Of a stretch of 64,000 nt of DNA, positions 59,047 through 64,000 are shown one piece after another. The translations under genes and the position numbers were made by a program. The DNA lies in NCBI GenBank assembly GCA_977017575.1, contig CDRNVI010000049.1, forward strand, positions 248,001 through 312,000, given 5' to 3'. Origin of the DNA: Paramoeba atlantica. Its lineage: Eukaryota > Protista > Discosea. Position 1 is the stretch's first letter. Each line of letters opens with the position of its first letter. The notes under the pieces are model-generated. The model made no database searches and was not told where the DNA came from. It worked only from the letters and a program-made list of their open reading frames with translations.

Positions 59047-60708
59047 TTAATTATATCCGGAAGGATCCGTTACACTGAATTCGTAAACGTGTATATCTCC
59101 TTCTCCGGTAGAAACAGCGAATACGTCAAGCTCGACGCCCCCAAAAGCAAAATCCCTTAAATGGGTGACATCGGTAGTTGCTTTCACAAGAGAATCCCTA
59201 CTTGAGGGCGCATGTGATTCAACCTGGCATGTTTCAGTACAAGAGTTTTCAGGAAGCGCAAGCCGATCCGGCCTTCGTGCCGTCCGTTGAATCCATTTGG
59301 GACACGATAAGGTTCCGAATCGTACGCAGCACAGTTTCGAGCCCCCTGTCCCACCCGATATCAAACTGCGGCATGGCAGGTGAACCTTATGGACTACTTG
59401 GGCATTGTTGACGACATCAATCACGCGGTATGCGGAGTCCCATCCAAGAGCAATCAGATATTTTCCGTCCGGCCGGAAGGCTACAGATCCTATGCCTATG
59501 GGCTTACTATATGTACTGCCTTCAGGATCGAGATCTTCCGATTCACTCGAGTCGATTGCTGATACGGGAAGCGGCACTTGTGGATCCTGGGGTGTCGTGT
59601 GAGAGGAAGTTAGGCGCCGGGCACAATACAAGCCGAGTCCACCCTTCCCATCATCACAAAAAATTACAATCGCCCCATCTGCAGTTCCTACGGCCGCTAG
59701 ATGAACTGGTTTTATTGCTTGTTTAGCCCCAACTTCATGGTGAGCACCGCAGATAGGAACACCTAGACAATCCAGACATGTGATAGGGTGATGCGAGACA
59801 TGAACAATCTGCTCCGCGTTAGGTAGAGCTACGTGCTTCGCCATCTCTTCAGCGTCTATTATTTCTACAGTTGTACTCCACCGTACCAAATGCCCACTTT
59901 CGTAGCCAACTAAAAGAGAAATACACGAATTGTCACACGAATCAGCATTCAAAGAAGAGTTATCCGATTCCCTCCAGCATTCTGCAAAGCACATCAATGT
60001 ACCAGTTTTGATCACCTGTGATTTAAAGCGAACTGCTGCGGGAAGTATCTGTCGCGGGCCATGGAGAGAAAAATTGGAAGGTTCCAAGTCTTCTTGATCG
60101 TGTTTTCCGGACTCGGACTTCCCTGCATTGTCTGCAGCTCTAGTTTGCTCACCCGTCATTCTAGGCTCCCCGCACTGATACGTGTATAATTCCAGTGTCG
60201 AGGCACTTGTCGGAAGTATTAAAGAAATATTAACACGATACAAGGCAACGACGTTACAGTACGAATACGCCGTATATGGAATACTGCGGATTGGTACGAA
60301 ACTGTACAGGAGCGACTCAGTGCTCGTGTTTCGTTCGAAAGAGTGTAAGATGATGCGATTGTCCCTGGTTTGCACAATACATCCCGAATTGTATTCAAGT
60401 GACGTTGGATCAACAATTCCACGTTTATTTGGGAACGGAGAAGGTTCCTTTACACGTGCTACCCATTCAGCACTAAGCAGGTTTACACAATGGTTTACAC
60501 AATGGCTCTCTTTGGAAGCAAAATCACTATCTGAATTAATAGCTATGAAAGCAATTGGTCTCCGTAATTTGAGATCCCAGATAAAAACTTCACCCAATGT
60601 AGACGTACTTAGAAGTAACGTTTCCTGTTTTATACGTGGGGCACGAAAACGAACAGATGTAACATACCCGCGGTGTCCCCGTAGGGTGCACATAGGTGGA
60701 ACATGCAT
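59047..60708 (-). CDS. ASA1: ASA1/GNB1L-like WD40 protein (TTT/ASTRA associated)
   Basis: TLRGH..YVTSVRF, G.VFIWDL..RR, QTRD, GTLMC, LLVGYESG and GIGSVAFRPDGK.LI..GWD...R. Confidence 0.78.
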   Translation of the reverse strand: MHVPPMCTLRGHRGYVTSVRFRAPRIKQETLLLSTSTLGEVFIWDLKLRRPIAFIAINSDSDFASKESHCVNHCVNLLSAEWVARVKEPSPFPNKRGIVDPTSLEYNSGCIVQTRDNRIILHSFERNTSTESLLYSFVPIRSIPYTAYSYCNVVALYRVNISLILPTSASTLELYTYQCGEPRMTGEQTRAADNAGKSESGKHDQEDLEPSNFSLHGPRQILPAAVRFKSQVIKTGTLMCFAECWRESDNSSLNADSCDNSCISLLVGYESGHLVRWSTTVEIIDAEEMAKHVALPNAEQIVHVSHHPITCLDCLGVPICGAHHEVGAKQAIKPVHLAAVGTADGAIVIFCDDGKGGLGLYCARRLTSSHTTPQDPQVPLPVSAIDSSESEDLDPEGSTYSKPIGIGSVAFRPDGKYLIALGWDSAYRVIDVVNNAQVVHKVHLPCRSLISGGTGGSKLCCVRFGTLSCPKWIQRTARRPDRLALPENSCTETCQVESHAPSSRDSLVKATTDVTHLRDFAFGGVELDVFAVSTGEGDIHVYEFSVTDPSGYN

Positions 60709-61111
60709 TTAAGTGGAATTTCATTACTTTGTATTATCGTATACACGGGGAAGAGTGCAAAAAGAATTCTATTACCAAGTCCTCGTATTCCAATTCAAGT
60801 GGTCAATACAATGCAATTAAGAATGATACCAAATGTATCATAAAAAGCAAACATAATGTGTACGTGTACATGCATTTGTACATGTAAAATATATCAATAC
60901 AAACCCGCCGTTAACAGTGTGAATTTGATTTGAATATTGTGATATGATTCGATTATTTGAAGTGCGTGTGTTAAATTCTCGCTTTGTTGCAGACCTGAAG
61001 AATTCCGAGGGCGATCTAAGAAAAGAAAAGCAAGAGCGATATATTTTTCGGTCGCTTTCAACCACTTTAGTGCGTAAACATTGAAATCAAGATACAGATA
61101 ATGCTATGCAC

Positions 61112-61825
61112 TCATACTAATTTTCTTGGAAGAATACAGCGCACGTCCTTTGATTTTGCAAGGTCGTTTTCAAGAAACGTTATCAACTTTGACAATGTGC
61201 TATCAGAAACATCTGACTCTGGCGAAATCTCAAGCCTATCTAAATCTAAATTCAAGTTCTGATCGCTCGTTTCAGATGGAACTGTTCTGATTGGGTCAAA
61301 GTCATACGGTTCGATAACAATGCAATTTTCGCAAAAACCCCTATTTTCATCGATAGAGGTTTCAACAAATGTAGTTGCATTCGGGTTATAAAGGTCAAAA
61401 TACTCATTTTTTATAGCGCCAGGATAGTTTCTAAGCGTGGCGTGGTGCCACTTGTGTTTCAAGTCATCAGGGAAAAAAACTTTAGCATCCTTTCGACGCA
61501 TACTGTCAGAAATTGTGTGCTCTCTGTGAAACACAAACTTGAAATTTATTTCTGGAAACAGATGATTAACTTGTGACAAAGTGTTTTTCCTAGTGTTGGT
61601 CGACCAAATCGCGAGATTGTGGGAACCAGAGAGTTGAGTAAGTACTTGCCGTATACCTGGACGTAACCAGATGAGTTGCGTACCAAGAATGTGTGTGGGA
61701 GGAACAATACTGATGTTACGCCCAGGTAAAACGGTTTTCGCGCGCCTTCTTATGTCGGAGACATGAAGACGTTCCATTAGGACGCCTCGAAGTCCAAAAA
61801 TGAGCAGGCTTTTCGAGGCAGACAT
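61112..61825 (-). CDS. NIF/FCP1-like HAD-fold protein lacking the catalytic DxDxT motif
   Basis: LLIFGLRGVL, RPG...L..L, LAIWST, VFHREH and T.FVE......F.ENCI.IEPY. Start moved from TTG 61879 to ATG 61825. Confidence 0.7.
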   Translation of the reverse strand: MSASKSLLIFGLRGVLMERLHVSDIRRRAKTVLPGRNISIVPPTHILGTQLIWLRPGIRQVLTQLSGSHNLAIWSTNTRKNTLSQVNHLFPEINFKFVFHREHTISDSMRRKDAKVFFPDDLKHKWHHATLRNYPGAIKNEYFDLYNPNATTFVETSIDENRGFCENCIVIEPYDFDPIRTVPSETSDQNLNLDLDRLEISPESDVSDSTLSKLITFLENDLAKSKDVRCILPRKLV

Positions 61826-62546
61826 AATCAAAAGGTAAGGATTCTCCCGATATGTTAATTTGTCATAGAATTTGAACAATACATATTAGAAAAAGAAAAT
61901 TGTTTGAAAATGAATGGGACGCACTTCTTCCAGGGATATTTTCAAATCTTTTGGTTAGCTTTTTTTCAATAAGTAAATATTTGTAAGCTCCCTCGCTGAT
62001 CGTCGTGCAGTGACATTGAACCCCGAAGTGGTGGACTTGGCAGTATGCTCTCGGACTGTTGTTTGGACGGATGACTGGAGAGGAAATGCTACATTAAGCG
62101 ATGATTTGTGCCACGTGAATCGTCAGCATCATTGGGTCGACCCAAGACCGAAGCCCATGCGCAGACAGTTGAATGCATGGATGGATCCCTCAAAAAGCCG
62201 GTTCTGAATAGCGGTACGGGCACGATCGGACGTGAGGACAGCGCCCGCAACGATCGCTTCAAGTTTGGTGGGGAGGTTGTTGACGGCACATTGGGGAACA
62301 CTTTGGTTATCATCTGCGTATCTCCTGGTTATCTCCTTATCGGACGTCGAAATGTACTGCAGACAGGTAGAATTTGTTTTAGAGTGATTTTTTTTAAGTG
62401 GTGAAAATTTTTAAAAAACGTAAAAAGGCGCACTTCTGAGTCCTTTTAACCAAATTCTCAAATACTTTTTTCAGTATACTGAAACAAACAGTATAAGATT
62501 ACATGCGAGAGACATACATACACGTACATGTATGAAAAACTAGTAA

Positions 62547-63998
62547 CTATATCGGAGGTTTTACCGGACCTGTTCCCTTCGGAAAAACTCTCATCCCAGA
62601 TAATTTCTGCTTAGGATCAGTAATACCCAAATAATCACCAAAAGTTTGATTTTCGGGGCGCTTCTTTCCTCTCTTCTTTTCCTTGTAATCCTCGAGAAGT
62701 TCTTTCATAATTTTTTCCCGACGATTTTTATTCATTAAAAGAAAAGCACGCTCCTGGTCTTCTGTGGCCTGCATAGATTCAGTGCCCATTTTACGAGGAT
62801 CACGATGAAAGCCTTCCCAGTCCAAGTGTTCTGCGACCTCCAGATCACTTTCAAAACTCGTTTTCGATGCCATAGGAGATTCAGTATGAAGGGCATCCTC
62901 GGTTCCCTGAGTGACAACATACTGTTGTGCCACATGTGTGGAAACGGTACCTGGAACATGAGGTCCTTTCTCTCTTTGAGCTCCAGAGGAATAATCACCT
63001 GGGCGTCCCATAAATGCGTCTTGTCTCGAGGTACCCATCTGTCCAGGCAGTGAAGCTGGATAATACGGGGGAAGGACATCGCTCTCACCATCTTTTTCCA
63101 TCATCTCAGTGTCGGCATCTCGCTTTCGTTCCGCCTCCTCCTCGACAAGCTTGTCCCAGCGACGTTCTTTGGCACCGGAGTGTACTTGCTCCACATATTT
63201 TAGAAACTGTCCCCCATCAAAGTTCCACGGCAATGACACAGTATGCTTTTCCCAGTCAATTTCCAATGGACCAAGTAAAAAAGTCACCTCGCTCCAGTCA
63301 TACGACGCGAGAGAGCCAGATATGGCTTGTAGCTCACGAGCCCATAACATTCTTTGCTCATACGTACAATCCGTGACAAAGGCATCCACCCCGGCTGGAT
63401 TTACTGTCGAGCGGAACTCCCTCAGACAATTTGTGGTTTGTTGAAGCATTGTTTTTGCAATAACAAATACCTCGCGACAGCGAGAAATGGAATTATCTGC
63501 TTGACAGCGCTCCAAAAAGTCGCTCAGCGACTTCGAGGTCAAGTTGTAGGGCACTATGATCACCCCGTTTTTGCGAAAGCCATAAAAATCGGAAATTTCA
63601 ATGGATAACTTTTCCACTCCAGCGAGACGTAAAGTTTCAACCGAATCAAGCAAGGTGGACAGCGCTTCAAGTGAATTTACGTGTGGACAGGATATTATGA
63701 CATCGTCTAAATCGCATGAGTTGCAAAGAGAAGTTATTTCTTGCTCAATACGACGCGCGAGGTCAGTTAATTTTTTGTGCTCCACATGGATCTCGTCGTG
63801 CCTTTCAATTAAAATCTTCTCTACAAATTCGTCCGGATTGAAATCCCACGGAACTGAAATCGTACCGGCCATGTCGGTGCTGACGCCATATCTCTGGCTT
63901 ATTAAAAGAGGAATTTCGTACCATAAATTGTAGCGCATTCGAGGTAAATTATCTCGTAGTGTAGTGATCGCAAAAGCACATTGCTTTGGTGATATTTC
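62547..63998 (-). CDS. TCAIM-like (DUF4461-type) protein, probably 5'-truncated by the window edge
   Basis: Three G.I.(V/L)P(W/Y)(D/N)F-type motifs. The frame stays open from the ATG at 63938 to the window end. Confidence 0.5.
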   Translation of the reverse strand, partial: EISPKQCAFAITTLRDNLPRMRYNLWYEIPLLISQRYGVSTDMAGTISVPWDFNPDEFVEKILIERHDEIHVEHKKLTDLARRIEQEITSLCNSCDLDDVIISCPHVNSLEALSTLLDSVETLRLAGVEKLSIEISDFYGFRKNGVIIVPYNLTSKSLSDFLERCQADNSISRCREVFVIAKTMLQQTTNCLREFRSTVNPAGVDAFVTDCTYEQRMLWARELQAISGSLASYDWSEVTFLLGPLEIDWEKHTVSLPWNFDGGQFLKYVEQVHSGAKERRWDKLVEEEAERKRDADTEMMEKDGESDVLPPYYPASLPGQMGTSRQDAFMGRPGDYSSGAQREKGPHVPGTVSTHVAQQYVVTQGTEDALHTESPMASKTSFESDLEVAEHLDWEGFHRDPRKMGTESMQATEDQERAFLLMNKNRREKIMKELLEDYKEKKRGKKRPENQTFGDYLGITDPKQKLSGMRVFPKGTGPVKPPI

Positions 63999-64000
63999 AC

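Noticed and set aside
60182-60712. 176-aa plus-strand ORF antisense to ASA1
   Set aside because: It is fully overlapped by a well-supported WD40 gene, has no motifs and runs against the array direction, so it is a shadow ORF.
1-64000. tRNA, rRNA, SL-RNA genes and CRISPR arrays
   Set aside because: By eye I found no cloverleaf or T-loop consensus, SL exon, rRNA-like segment or regularly spaced repeat-spacer array. The DNA is eukaryotic. A covariance-model scan would be needed to exclude small RNAs.

Overview
This is compact eukaryotic DNA. About 28 intronless protein-coding genes lie head-to-tail on the minus strand from about 5.1 kb to the right edge, with short intergenic spacers and U-rich tracts on the mRNA sense upstream of many ATGs. 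That layout is the polycistronic, trans-spliced architecture of kinetoplastids. A KREPB-like editosome subunit and three stand-alone LRR genes suggest a Perkinsela-like prokinetoplastid (inference; no search was run). Recognisable genes include EMC4, IMPACT, an SDR, ALKBH4, UGGT, LCMT1, RLP7, RRS1, CSL4, CTU1, NOT3/5, NEP1, an M16 peptidase, a USP30-like DUB, two adjacent CAF-1 p60-like WD40 genes, ASA1/GNB1L and a TCAIM-like gene. Three regions hold mobile DNA. 1-5.1 kb has a hAT end, a CRE-like retroposon remnant, a SWIM pseudogene and two TA-flanked MITEs. 13.4-15.6 kb has a fold-back MITE and a decayed Tc1 DD34E element whose ATG region is duplicated as a hairpin. 24.4-26.3 kb is a hAT element with an 8-bp TSD, a nested MITE and cargo that differs from its sister copy. 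The main unexplained signal is a set of ~1-kb GC-rich intragenic islands (centres ~27.6, ~37.1 and ~43.05 kb). In each, the + strand flips from A/C-rich to G/T-rich. At the first island the skew extends into non-coding flanks and appears to dictate low-complexity protein sequence, which makes these candidate replication origins or internal transcription-initiation sites. Several proteins look like pseudo-enzymes: a kinesin without a P-loop, a NIF phosphatase without DxDxT and a DEDDy fold without its ExoI acids. The supplied ORF track uses GTG/TTG starts, so where a recognised gene began that way I moved the start to the first in-frame ATG.
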